Assembly: GCA_030827475.1 (NCBI GenBank)
Contig: JAUREJ010000006.1
Location: forward strand, 4,024 to 68,023
Length of the DNA stretch: 64,000 bases
From: Poseidonia sp.
GTDB lineage: Archaea > Thermoplasmatota > Poseidoniia > Poseidoniales > Poseidoniaceae
Direction: 5' to 3'
The position numbers and the translations under genes were made by a program. The number at the start of each line of letters is the position of its first letter. The stretch's first letter is position 1. Below are positions 9,613 to 18,954 of this stretch, in pieces. Under the pieces are notes generated by a model, which searched no databases, was not told the DNA's origin, and saw only the letters and a program-made list of their open reading frames with translations.

Positions 9613-10475
9613 CGCCAAGTTGCACCGTTCGGGTCCACGTTTTTGTGTGCCGCCATGATTTGAGCGACCACCGCAATAGCGATCTCTTGAGGAGTCTGAG
9701 CGCCGATGTTCAGGCCGATTGGACAAACCACCTGCGCAAGAAGCGTGGAGGGAATCCCCGCATCAAGGCAGACGGTCTCAAAGCTCTGCCACTTTGAGCG
9801 GCTCCCAATCACACCGACTCGAGGCGCTTCAACCCCGTCGAGGGCAAGACCCGCTCCGTGGACAAGGTGCAACAATGCGAGAAGACGCTGTTGGTCTTCA
9901 GCCCAATCGTGACCGAGCAACAAGATGTCTGAAAACCGCTGCAGAGACTCAACGGTTTCATCGGAAAACACCGCATCTGCAGGAACGGATGAACGCGCCT
10001 GAGCGGTGGGGTATTTTTCTATAGAAACATAGTCTTCCCTGGTGTCATGAACCGAATACGACCATTCCAAACGATCGAGGCAGACCGCCAAGGCTTCCCC
10101 GCAGTGACCGCCACCCATGATGTAAACGTGGGGCATGGGCATCATCACCTCAATTGCTACGGTGACCCGACCACCGCAGAGCGAATCAAGCGGCGTTACT
10201 TCATAGCCCTTCGCCCCTTTGTTTAATCCGTACGTGTGGACCTCAGCAAACGGTGCTGTTGCCTTTGAGAGGAGGTCCCGGCACCGATTCAAGACGGTTT
10301 TCTCGAGGCCAGCACCGCCTACCGTCCCTACCCATGTTTCGTTGCGAGAAGACACGGCGAGACGGGCTCCGGTTTTTCCCGGAACGCTGCCGGCAGTGTT
10401 GAGCACCGAAGCCATGGCAACCCGGTGGCCTGCCCGTTGCTCGTGAAGAACCCACTCGAGCACGCGGGCGGTCAT
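9603..10475 (-). CDS. XdhC/CoxI-family molybdoenzyme maturation factor
   Basis: The N-terminal XdhC-like segment is VASVLNTAGSVPGKTGARLAV. The C-terminal Rossmann-like segment is VYIMGGGHCGEALA. The gene neighbours a MocA-like gene. Confidence 0.8.
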   Translation of the reverse strand: MTARVLEWVLHEQRAGHRVAMASVLNTAGSVPGKTGARLAVSSRNETWVGTVGGAGLEKTVLNRCRDLLSKATAPFAEVHTYGLNKGAKGYEVTPLDSLCGGRVTVAIEVMMPMPHVYIMGGGHCGEALAVCLDRLEWSYSVHDTREDYVSIEKYPTAQARSSVPADAVFSDETVESLQRFSDILLLGHDWAEDQQRLLALLHLVHGAGLALDGVEAPRVGVIGSRSKWQSFETVCLDAGIPSTLLAQVVCPIGLNIGAQTPQEIAIAVVAQIMAAHKNVDPNGATWRQS

Positions 10476-10498
10476 GTTGATGCCTCAACGGATGGCCC

Positions 10499-11110
10499 TC
10501 ATATCCCTTCGCCTCCGGTAAAATAAGCGAGAAGGGCCCCTTCGTTCCGTCGTAGTTCAGCGAGTTGTTCGGGCGTATCGACGTTCAAACCCAACCAAGG
10601 AGCATCCACCTCAACCGGTTGAAAATCAACGAGGTCTCGCAACGGAACGTCCGATGGGGCCTCCAACACCGACCGTACAGCTTCGTTGTCCAAAACGACG
10701 GGATGCCCACGACGACCTTCGGCAACAGGGCAACAAGAACCGGCGTTGAGAAGCAGGTTGCGGACGACCCCTGCTCGCCACCCCGGCCGGTCAACCGGGG
10801 CCATCACGACCCGCTGGGGTGCCGGAAACTGTGAAAGGAGGTGGTTCAAACCCACCTGTAAACTCCCTGTTCTCCCGTTTTCAGGCTGGGGGTTGGTCAC
10901 CATCTGAGCTCTGGAGGTCAGGGCACCCAATGTGGAGCGGAGGTGTTCGTTCGTCACCACAACCACCACCCCGCAGCCGGCTTCAAGCAAGTGCCTGCAC
11001 GCCCAATCCACCAAAGGGACACCGCCCACCTCAACCAGGGCTTTGGGTGAACCGAGCCTTTGGCTCAGACCGGCGGCAAGAACGAGCCCCACCGGTGCCA
11101 TGGAGGTCAT
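10499..11110 (-). CDS. MobA/MocA-like nucleotidyltransferase (molybdenum cofactor cytidylyl/guanylyltransferase)
   Basis: GLVLAAGLSQRLGSPKALVEVGGVPLV is the typical N-terminal NTP-transferase signature. The gene is adjacent to XdhC. Start set at ATG 11110; ATG 11101 is also possible. Confidence 0.75.
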   Translation of the reverse strand: MTSMAPVGLVLAAGLSQRLGSPKALVEVGGVPLVDWACRHLLEAGCGVVVVVTNEHLRSTLGALTSRAQMVTNPQPENGRTGSLQVGLNHLLSQFPAPQRVVMAPVDRPGWRAGVVRNLLLNAGSCCPVAEGRRGHPVVLDNEAVRSVLEAPSDVPLRDLVDFQPVEVDAPWLGLNVDTPEQLAELRRNEGALLAYFTGGEGI

Positions 11111-11188
11111 GAGGCGTTGTCCTCCCCCGGCTTCAAGGAGTTTCTCCCCTTTGGACTTCAAATAGTCTCAAACACGGTGTATTCCCGC

Positions 11189-11965
11189 ATGGTAAAACTG
11201 TGGTCGCCTCCAGCACATTGGAGCAAGAAGCGTCGCGATGCGCACGACCGCTCCATCCAGTTCATCCGGGAGATTGCAAGCCAATCACCGCAAATCCACA
11301 TCGACTATCCAAAAGCCATTGTGCCCGGCCTGTTCATTCGGGGTGCCTCAAGACGGTGGTACAAAATTGACGTCTCCATAAACTCTCGACAAGAATGGCT
11401 ACCTGAGTTTGGCTTTGTTGAGGAGACGGTGTTCAGCCTTCATGTCAGCGGAGCGGTTTACAAGAGTGACTTGGTCGAAGAAAACGTCTACGAAACCTCC
11501 CTTTGCATCCATCCAGACGAAAAAGGGCGAGCGCTTCCTGTTGGGGACCAACTTGCTGCCTTGGCGCTTGCGTTGTGCAACGACCGGGTCACGTCACTCC
11601 GCATTCCGCTGCTTGCCCAATTCATCGTGACCGAACGCAGGATGCTCAAAGATATCTACCAGTTTGCTGAAGAGGGTGTCATGACGATTGACGACCTTGA
11701 TACCGACTTCATCAGAAACGCCGTGAACGCGCAAGACCCGTTTGAGGAGGTCTACGGCGTCGAATGCGATGAGCCAACGCCCTCCTTGTTTGAAATCCAC
11801 GCTGAGTGGCGAAGGGAGGCTGAACTGCGAGAGGAAATGGCGTTGGACGATTGGTTCAAAGAGAACGACCACCGCTTCGCCATCAAGGAAAACGAGGTCC
11901 CTTGGCATCACGATGAAGACAAGATTTGGGCCATGGAAGACAAGTTACGCAAGGGGCATGCGTGA
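11189..11965 (+). CDS. Hypothetical protein (258 aa)
   Basis: ORF trimmed to ATG 11189 (MVKLWSPP...) so that it does not overlap the MocA-like gene. No recognisable motif. Confidence 0.45.
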   Translation: MVKLWSPPAHWSKKRRDAHDRSIQFIREIASQSPQIHIDYPKAIVPGLFIRGASRRWYKIDVSINSRQEWLPEFGFVEETVFSLHVSGAVYKSDLVEENVYETSLCIHPDEKGRALPVGDQLAALALALCNDRVTSLRIPLLAQFIVTERRMLKDIYQFAEEGVMTIDDLDTDFIRNAVNAQDPFEEVYGVECDEPTPSLFEIHAEWRREAELREEMALDDWFKENDHRFAIKENEVPWHHDEDKIWAMEDKLRKGHA

Positions 11966-13162
11966 TCACAGGCCTTTCGTGATCTCACGTCCAATGATCA
12001 TGCGTTGAACTTGAGAAGAGCCTTCGTAAATCTGCATCACCTTTGCCCCTCTCATCAACCGAGCGACCGGATACTCCTCGGAGTATCCGTAGCCACCGTA
12101 CACTTGGACGGCATCGGTGGTGACCTGCATCGCCATATCGGCAGCAAAGCGCTTTGCGTGCGCAGCGGATTCGGTGTTTTGGACACCCGCATCAAATTCG
12201 GAAGCGGACTTCCACGTCAACATGCGAGCGGCTTCGATATTGGTTTTCATGTCCGCCAGCATGAATTGGACGGCTTGATGTTGGTGAAGCGGTTTGCCGA
12301 AGGTGTGGCGCTCGTTGGCATATTGCAAAGCGTGTTCGTAAGCAGCTCTCGCAAGACCCGTGGCGTGGGCTGCGATGTTTGGGCGACTCATGTCAAACGC
12401 TTTCATGGCGTTCATCCAACCGCCGGATTCTGAGCCACCGATGAGATGATCGGCAGGCACGCGAACATCGTCAAAGGAAATGGACCGCGTGTCCGAGCAG
12501 CGTTGCCCCATGTTGGTTTCTTTCTTGCCAAGCGAAAACCCCTCTGCATCCTTTTCGACGATGAACCCCGACATGCCTCGGTAACCGGCGTCCGGGTCCG
12601 TTTTTGCAAGGACGAAGAAAAAGTCGGCATGACCGGCTCCCGTGATCCACATCTTGGACCCGTTGATGATGTATTCATCGCCGTCTCTGAGCGCCGTTGT
12701 TTTGCAGGCCGCTACGTCCGAACCCGCACCGGGCTCGGTCACGGCGTAGGAGGCGAGCGCCCCCTCTTCGGCAATTTTTCGCAACCAGTGTTCCTTCTGC
12801 TCATCGGTTGCGCCGGTGATGATGGGGGCACTGGCAAGCGCTGTTGCGTACGCTGCCGTAGCAAAGCCAGGGTCCCCCCATGCAAGTTCTTCGTTGACGA
12901 GCACCTCCTCAAACGAGCCAAGGCCTGCACCGCCGTAGGCTTCAGGGATGTGAAGGTTCAACAATCCCATTTCGTGGGCGGCCTGAATCGTTTCTTTGGG
13001 ATAGTGCGCCGTTTCGTCCCAATGCTCGGCATGAGGCCGAACCTCGTCAACGACGAATTCATGCGCAAGTTCCTTGAGCATGGCTTGCATTTCATCGAGT
13101 TGGAAGTCCACCATGAATCTGCGAAGGGTCGCCCCCTTATGAGCGATGTCTTTCGGGTGCAC
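11966..13162 (-). CDS. Acyl-CoA dehydrogenase
   Basis: Full-length ACAD architecture. Matching segments include YAVTEPGAGSD, INGSKMWITG, GFIVEKDAEGFSLGKKE.KMG.R.SDT and a C-terminal YGGYGYSEEYPVARLMRGAKV.QIYEGSSQVQR. Confidence 0.9.
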   Translation of the reverse strand: MHPKDIAHKGATLRRFMVDFQLDEMQAMLKELAHEFVVDEVRPHAEHWDETAHYPKETIQAAHEMGLLNLHIPEAYGGAGLGSFEEVLVNEELAWGDPGFATAAYATALASAPIITGATDEQKEHWLRKIAEEGALASYAVTEPGAGSDVAACKTTALRDGDEYIINGSKMWITGAGHADFFFVLAKTDPDAGYRGMSGFIVEKDAEGFSLGKKETNMGQRCSDTRSISFDDVRVPADHLIGGSESGGWMNAMKAFDMSRPNIAAHATGLARAAYEHALQYANERHTFGKPLHQHQAVQFMLADMKTNIEAARMLTWKSASEFDAGVQNTESAAHAKRFAADMAMQVTTDAVQVYGGYGYSEEYPVARLMRGAKVMQIYEGSSQVQRMIIGREITKGL

Positions 13163-13174
13163 GCATCAGTGCCC

Positions 13175-14278
13175 TCAAAGCACCAAAAGACCCTGCTGTT
13201 CAGCGAGCAAAAGGGCGACGAAGACAACGTAAATCATGATGAGAACGATGCCCTCCCAGCGCTTGAACTCGTATTGCGACCGCATCATCAACAGGGCCAC
13301 ACCGGTTCCGATGAAGGTCGCTGGAATGATGAGGAAGAACGTAAGATTAGCACTCGCCTCCGTCACCGCCAAAGGATGAACGAGGGCGGCAAACCCGATG
13401 GAGAGAAGAGGGTCGGTGATGTTTGAACCGATGAGGGTCCCAATGGCAACTCCTTCGCTGCGCTTGGCGGCCATGAAAGCAATGGTGAGTTCAGGCAACG
13501 AGGTGCCCAAACCCGAAACGGTGGTACCGATGACGGCATGAGGGACCTTCATGGCGTAAGCGAGGTCGCTGGCAACGTTCACCAAGTGATGAGCAGCAAA
13601 CAAAGCCAACAAGAGACCCATCGTGACCATGCCCGCGTAGGAGGCAGTGGTTCGAGTCAACCGTCGGTCCACCGGCTCACCGCCAATGAGTTCATCCTCA
13701 AGAATCTCTTCTCTGTTCGCAAGCAACCAATAGATGTAGGCGATGTACAACGACATTAAGAGGAGGCCTTCGAGACGGCTGAGGCCGCCTCCCGTGACCA
13801 AGAAAAAGGTCAGCAATACGATGGATGAGACCATGATAAAGCCGTCTCGTTTCAACCACGATGGTCGAATTTTAACACCCCGGAAAGCGACGACAACACC
13901 CAGAATCAGCGTGATTTGAACGAGGACCGAACCGTAGATACCACCAATAGCGAGATCGCCAATCGCGGGATTGTTCGGAATATCAGCAGCGGCGGTTGAA
14001 GTGACCAGAATCTCAGGTAAGGAGGTCCCGATTGACACAATGGTAAGGCCGATGACAACTTCGGGTAAGCCGGCTCGGTAAGCCAAACCTTTCGCCCCTT
14101 CGATGAAAATATCGGCCGATTTGACGAGCAGCAAGAGGGCCAAGGTCAGTAGAGCAAGGGAAAGCAGGTGGTCGTTGTTTGTTGAACCATCCGATGTTGA
14201 ACGAAGGAGGACGATGCCGAGGAAGAGGGCCCCGTTCAGCAACAAGGTGTTGCTCAAAACGAGTTGTGGGATACCCAT
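13175..14278 (-). CDS. Ca2+/cation antiporter (CaCA / YrbG-like Na+/Ca2+ exchanger family)
   Basis: Two alpha-repeat signatures are present: GLTIVSIGTSLPE and GTTVSGLGTSLPE. The protein is polytopic. Start set at ATG 14278, which is preceded by GGGTGGGG; ATG 14305 is an alternative. Confidence 0.8.
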   Translation of the reverse strand: MGIPQLVLSNTLLLNGALFLGIVLLRSTSDGSTNNDHLLSLALLTLALLLLVKSADIFIEGAKGLAYRAGLPEVVIGLTIVSIGTSLPEILVTSTAAADIPNNPAIGDLAIGGIYGSVLVQITLILGVVVAFRGVKIRPSWLKRDGFIMVSSIVLLTFFLVTGGGLSRLEGLLLMSLYIAYIYWLLANREEILEDELIGGEPVDRRLTRTTASYAGMVTMGLLLALFAAHHLVNVASDLAYAMKVPHAVIGTTVSGLGTSLPELTIAFMAAKRSEGVAIGTLIGSNITDPLLSIGFAALVHPLAVTEASANLTFFLIIPATFIGTGVALLMMRSQYEFKRWEGIVLIMIYVVFVALLLAEQQGLLVL

Positions 14279-14393
14279 GACCCCACCCGTCTCGTCACCT
14301 CCCATGGTTGAACCAACCAGCACCACTTCTTGACGGTTCCCACCCCCCCGCCCGTGAGGTGATGGAAGAGCGAAACCTATCTGCCCACTTCGC

Positions 14394-15017
14394 ATGGGCG
14401 AACCGATGAGAAGGGCAGTCGTAGGGGAATTCCTCGGCACCGCCCTGATGGTTGGCGTTGGGTGCGGTAGCGTTGCCCTCGGTGCCGGTCACCTGTTGGT
14501 GTCGCTGACCTTTGGCGTCGTGGTGACCGTGGCGATTCTGCTTTTCGGGCCGTGGAGCGGTGCTCACATCAATCCAGCCGTATCGCTGGCGTTTTGGCGG
14601 TCCGGCCATCTCGAATCCGCGCGCCTGCTTCCGTATTGGTTGGCCCAATGCTCTGGCGCGTTGTTGGCTGCATGGACGGTTCAAGCGGCAGCGCCGACGA
14701 CTGTGGTGCCCTCCCTCTCGTTGTTCGAAGCCTTTCTCATTGAAGTAGGCATTACGGCTGCTTTGATGCTCAGCATTTTCATCGTGTTGCGACGAACCCA
14801 ACGCCGCATCACCATCGCCGTGTGGGTGGGCGGAACCGTTGCCGTGTTGGCGTTCATCGCCGGCCCACTGACGGGCGCCAGCATGAATCCGGCACGAACG
14901 TTTGGCCCCAACCTCCTTTCTGGCCTTTGGGGAACGCTGCCGTTTTATTTCATCTCGACAGCGTTGGGAGCCTGGTTTGCGGTCGACCTGGACCGCCGGC
15001 TTCATCGAAGCCATTGA
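14394..15017 (+). CDS. MIP-family channel (aquaporin/aquaglyceroporin)
   Basis: Two NPA boxes (HINPAVSL and SMNPARTF) and six hydrophobic segments. Confidence 0.85.
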   Translation: MGEPMRRAVVGEFLGTALMVGVGCGSVALGAGHLLVSLTFGVVVTVAILLFGPWSGAHINPAVSLAFWRSGHLESARLLPYWLAQCSGALLAAWTVQAAAPTTVVPSLSLFEAFLIEVGITAALMLSIFIVLRRTQRRITIAVWVGGTVAVLAFIAGPLTGASMNPARTFGPNLLSGLWGTLPFYFISTALGAWFAVDLDRRLHRSH

Positions 15018-15019
15018 AC

Positions 15020-17623
15020 TCAACCGCCGGTTGTTGCCTTGAGCACATCGACAACGTGTTCGAGCGAGGGGACCGTGTGGTTTTCCAAAGGAGGGGAGAA
15101 CGGCACGGGGGTGTCGAGGGCGCCGATGACAACCGGTGCTGCCTCAAGCTCGTAAAAGCAGGACTCCATGATACGGGACTGGACGGTGTGTCCCAAGCCG
15201 CCTGACCATTGGCCCTCCTGAAGCACGACCAAACGACCGGTGCGTTGGACGGAAGCGATGCACGTCTCGGCATCGAAGGGAAGCAGGGTTCGCAAGTCGA
15301 CGACTTCAACTTCAACCCCATCAGCAGCCATGGTTTCAGCGGCTTCAAGAGCGATGTGGACCATTGCACCCCACGTGACGAGGGTCACATCGCTACCACC
15401 ACGAATCACGGCGGCTTGGCCCAACTTGTACGGCGTTCCGGCTTCGATATGGCGTTGAACGGTGGCGGTGTCCACCTCTTGGTTGATGTTCATTCCCCAA
15501 CCTGTTTTGCCCCCGCGAAGACCGTAGAGACCGATGTGTTCCAGCATCAAGACCGGGTCGGGAAGGTTGGCCCCTTCGACCAACAAATCGTAGGCGTCCT
15601 GTGGGGTTCCCGGAGCGAGCACCACCAGACCGGGGTCGTTGGCGAACCAGGATTCGATCATGTTGGCATGGAACGGTCCAGAGCGCGTGCGAGCCCCCAG
15701 CGGAATGCGAACCGTCATTGGGCAGTCTGCACCCCATCGCCAACGCAACATCGAGGCGTTGTTGATGAGGGCGTTGTAACCCAAAGCCGCGAACCCGCCG
15801 AATTGAATTTCAACCATGGGCTTCATGCCCGAGAGAGCAGCCCCAACACCGGTATGAACGATGATGGCCTCGCACAAGGGCATGTCGATGAGTTTGTCTT
15901 CATGACCGGCATTTTTCAGGGCCATGTTCATGCCAAACGCCCCAGCAACCTCCATGTCTTCACCGATGAAGACGCAATCGTCGCCGTGCATGGTGGCGAT
16001 GTCAGCCATGGCTTGCTGAATGGCTCGAGCGTACGTCCATCCCCCTTTGTCTGCATAGTTCCAAGCCCGTTCACCAGGCTTGAGAGGAGCGGAGAGCTGT
16101 GTTGGTGGTGCGTTTCCAATCACCCGGAGAAGATGGTCGGCGTGCGTGTCGGCGTCGTTGATGGAAGTGACGCCTTTGGTGACCGTCTCGGGTTCAGGCC
16201 ACGCCATCTCAACCAGTTCGGTATGGGCAGTAGCGACCGCTTGGTGTTCCTCCTCTTCCATGGTGGCGAGCATCGCTTCCTCCACACCCAATTCAAGCAA
16301 CAGCTCGCGGTGGGTTGGAATTGGGTCTTTCGCTTCCCAATACGCCAGCAATTCTCGGTCCACGTACCCCGGAGGCGTCCCGCTCGGATTGCCGAGGTAA
16401 AGGTCGTCGTGATGATGGGCGTGGCCGCAACCTCGCATGGTTTCCACATGGATCAAGGTAGGACCACCACCGGCCATGGCGAATTCACGTGCAACGGCGG
16501 TTGAGGCGTGCCAAGCAGCAGGGTCAGACCCGTCGATGGTCCACGCAGGGAAGCCCATCGCTCGGGCTTTATCAGCCCAAAGTTCAACACCGGATTGCTT
16601 CGCTGGAGGCGTGTCCAAGGCGATTTGGTTGTTTTGCAAAATGTAGGTGATGGGCAAACCACGGGCACCTGCAAGGTTCATGGCTTCCCAAAATTCACCG
16701 CTGGAGGAAGAGCCCTCGCCTATGCAAGCGACATGGAATCGGTCGAGTCCCTGACGCCAACCTGCAAACGCGAGACCCGTCATGGTGGCGCTCGCAATGG
16801 GAAGGGGAGCTGTAGGCGGTAAGACGCCTACATGCCAGGCACCCACGTGCAAGTCGCGCCCTCCGGCGTCTTCCCAGCCCCCGTTTTGGTTGGATTTGAC
16901 TTTGCCGAGGTTGGCGGCCATCACGTCAAGAGGGGTGTCGCCCATCGCCAAACCAAGGCCAATATCACGAATCATAGGAGCCACAACATCGCCGTCGTAA
17001 CCCGCTCCGGGGCGGGCATTGCGAGGAGCATCCGGCTGACGGCGAAGGGCGGTGGCAACCGCAACGACGCCCTCTTGCCAAGTTGAGCGGAAACCTTTGC
17101 CGCCAAATCGTCCCCCATCGGGCGTCTCAATCCCGTCGGTGAAGATGGATTTGAGCGCGGTATCAAGAGCTCGAGTGCGGGTCATGTAACGCTGCCACTC
17201 GAAGCGAAGGTCGACGGTGATGGCCATGTAATGGGCCAAACGTCGCATCATCAAACGAAGGTCGATGAGAAAGTGACTTCGGCGCCGTTCAAGCATCAAC
17301 GCCATGCTTCGCCGAGGAATCACCTCCCGCTCAAGCTCATCGCCGATGGTGGTCTCCATTTGTTTTTTTAGAGCCCGTTCGAGGCCTTCAATAAAGCGGT
17401 TGGAAAAGGTCAGCCATGACGGGCCTTCGAAGGTCTCGGGCTCTGAATCGATCATGTGGTCCCAAACGTTGGCCACGAGAAACAGATGGGCATCGTGTTG
17501 TTGGGAAACGAAGGCCAAGACTTCGCTTCGCGCAGCGGTCGCGGGCAACGGACGGACGAAATCGAGGGGATGCTCCGGCCTCCATTCTTGGCCAAAAATT
17601 TCCGGAAGGTCACCCTGTGCCAT
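15020..17623 (-). CDS. Fused alpha/beta E1 component of a thiamine-diphosphate-dependent 2-oxoacid dehydrogenase
   Basis: The central TPP-binding E1-alpha-like segment is IGEGSSSSGEFWEAMNLAGARGLPITYILQNNQIALDT. It is followed by a transketolase-like pyrimidine-binding and C-terminal E1-beta-like region (FIGEDMEVAGAFG...DMPLCEA...; VVDLRTLLPFD). An N-terminal extension of about 200 aa is unassigned. Confidence 0.8.
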   Translation of the reverse strand: MAQGDLPEIFGQEWRPEHPLDFVRPLPATAARSEVLAFVSQQHDAHLFLVANVWDHMIDSEPETFEGPSWLTFSNRFIEGLERALKKQMETTIGDELEREVIPRRSMALMLERRRSHFLIDLRLMMRRLAHYMAITVDLRFEWQRYMTRTRALDTALKSIFTDGIETPDGGRFGGKGFRSTWQEGVVAVATALRRQPDAPRNARPGAGYDGDVVAPMIRDIGLGLAMGDTPLDVMAANLGKVKSNQNGGWEDAGGRDLHVGAWHVGVLPPTAPLPIASATMTGLAFAGWRQGLDRFHVACIGEGSSSSGEFWEAMNLAGARGLPITYILQNNQIALDTPPAKQSGVELWADKARAMGFPAWTIDGSDPAAWHASTAVAREFAMAGGGPTLIHVETMRGCGHAHHHDDLYLGNPSGTPPGYVDRELLAYWEAKDPIPTHRELLLELGVEEAMLATMEEEEHQAVATAHTELVEMAWPEPETVTKGVTSINDADTHADHLLRVIGNAPPTQLSAPLKPGERAWNYADKGGWTYARAIQQAMADIATMHGDDCVFIGEDMEVAGAFGMNMALKNAGHEDKLIDMPLCEAIIVHTGVGAALSGMKPMVEIQFGGFAALGYNALINNASMLRWRWGADCPMTVRIPLGARTRSGPFHANMIESWFANDPGLVVLAPGTPQDAYDLLVEGANLPDPVLMLEHIGLYGLRGGKTGWGMNINQEVDTATVQRHIEAGTPYKLGQAAVIRGGSDVTLVTWGAMVHIALEAAETMAADGVEVEVVDLRTLLPFDAETCIASVQRTGRLVVLQEGQWSGGLGHTVQSRIMESCFYELEAAPVVIGALDTPVPFSPPLENHTVPSLEHVVDVLKATTGG

Positions 17624-17703
17624 GGTCTGCCCTCGTCCCTTCGCAGGCGATGGGTGGTTTCAATGCTCTTCTTTCAGAGCATGAAGCAAAGGATGAGGAA
17701 GAT

Positions 17704-18954
17704 TCACCCCTTGCGTTTGTTGATTTCAGTTTCGTAGCAATCGCGAAGAACTTCTTGGTTACTCAGGGTGATGAGCAGCGCCCCCAGCGCAGGAATCGCA
17801 AGCCCTCCAAGCGCCAACGCCCAAGAACCGAAGAGGTCGAAGACGGGGCCCACCAACAAAGGTCCGAGGATGGTCCCGGCCGCCCATGCTGCCCCGAAAA
17901 CGCCGAACGCCAAACCTGGATTTCCTTCGCCAAGGGCCCGGTTGGTGGCAGTATCGATCATCGGCAACATGGGAATTTGTGCAGCGGCGATGGAGAACTG
18001 GAATGCACCGAGCAAGCCGATCATGGCGAACACGGCCACGTCTCCCTTGAGCAACGCACCTGTAGCTCCGACACCCACAAGCGAAAGCACGACGATGGTC
18101 CAGCCGATGACCATGTAGCGGGTCGGACCTTTCCGGTCAACGAGTCGACCCCAAACCACCGAACCGATGCCTTGCATCAACACCATCACCAACAACACCC
18201 CGCCGATTTCCGCAGAAGAAAGCCCGAGCGTGTCGTCGAGGAAGAGCGGAACGCCGGCTTCCAAGGCCCCGGTCGCCACCGTCGTGATGGCCAACAGCAC
18301 CCCGACTCGAAACAAGATCGCGTCCTCAAAGAACACGCGGAGCGAAACCGAGGCTGAACTTCCTTCAACAGGCCCTCCAATCTCCTTCATGGCAGCGACC
18401 ACCACGGGAACAACGGCCAATGTGAGGCCGCCCAGGACGGCGAAGGCCCATGCCTCCCCCCAGGTGAACAACAACCCCCCCATGACCGGCCCAAAGAGGC
18501 CGCCGATTGCGGCGATTCCGAGCAATTTCCCCGCTTGTTCTCCAAACCTGGTGGGCCACAACTGAGAGGCCGATGCAAGCCCTGCGGTCATGATGGTCGC
18601 TCCGGAGGCCCCGTGCACCAAACGTGCGAACGAGAGCAGAATGAACGGATGGCCGACCCATTCCTTGGTGGCCACCACGTACAATCCGCTCGAGCCGGCC
18701 AATAAGATCAGACTGACGGCGACGGTGAGACCAGCGCCGTAGCGGTCCGTGATGCGACCCGTCACCGGTCCGAGCAGAAGTAACGGGACGGCCCATAGCG
18801 ACACCAAAAGCGTGGCCTGAGTCGTGTTCAATCCGAATTGAGTCTGCCATGCGGGCAGAACGGGGACGATGAACGCATACCCGAGAAAGTTCACGAAGAA
18901 AGCAAAGAACAGTGCGTAAAACGCTCGTTGATGCGTCGTTTTGGGAGCGCTCAC
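17704..18954 (-). CDS. MFS transporter
   Basis: About twelve hydrophobic segments and an MFS-like loop motif GPVTGRITDRYG after TM2. The GTG start at 18954 overlaps the upstream stop (GTGA). Confidence 0.8.
   Translation of the reverse strand: MSAPKTTHQRAFYALFFAFFVNFLGYAFIVPVLPAWQTQFGLNTTQATLLVSLWAVPLLLLGPVTGRITDRYGAGLTVAVSLILLAGSSGLYVVATKEWVGHPFILLSFARLVHGASGATIMTAGLASASQLWPTRFGEQAGKLLGIAAIGGLFGPVMGGLLFTWGEAWAFAVLGGLTLAVVPVVVAAMKEIGGPVEGSSASVSLRVFFEDAILFRVGVLLAITTVATGALEAGVPLFLDDTLGLSSAEIGGVLLVMVLMQGIGSVVWGRLVDRKGPTRYMVIGWTIVVLSLVGVGATGALLKGDVAVFAMIGLLGAFQFSIAAAQIPMLPMIDTATNRALGEGNPGLAFGVFGAAWAAGTILGPLLVGPVFDLFGSWALALGGLAIPALGALLITLSNQEVLRDCYETEINKRKG

Noticed and set aside
12446-13426. 326-aa plus-strand ORF overlapping the acyl-CoA dehydrogenase and CaCA genes
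   Set aside because: It is antisense to two well-supported genes and spans their intergenic gap. No motifs.
14295-15023. 242-aa minus-strand ORF opposite the aquaporin gene
   Set aside because: The plus strand carries both NPA boxes. The minus product is an Arg/His/Gly-rich artefact.
15209-16504. 431-aa plus-strand ORF opposite the fused E1 gene; likewise 17416..18357 and 18838..19701 opposite the MFS and REC genes
   Set aside because: They are antisense to genes with clear family signatures. These are GC-driven open frames.
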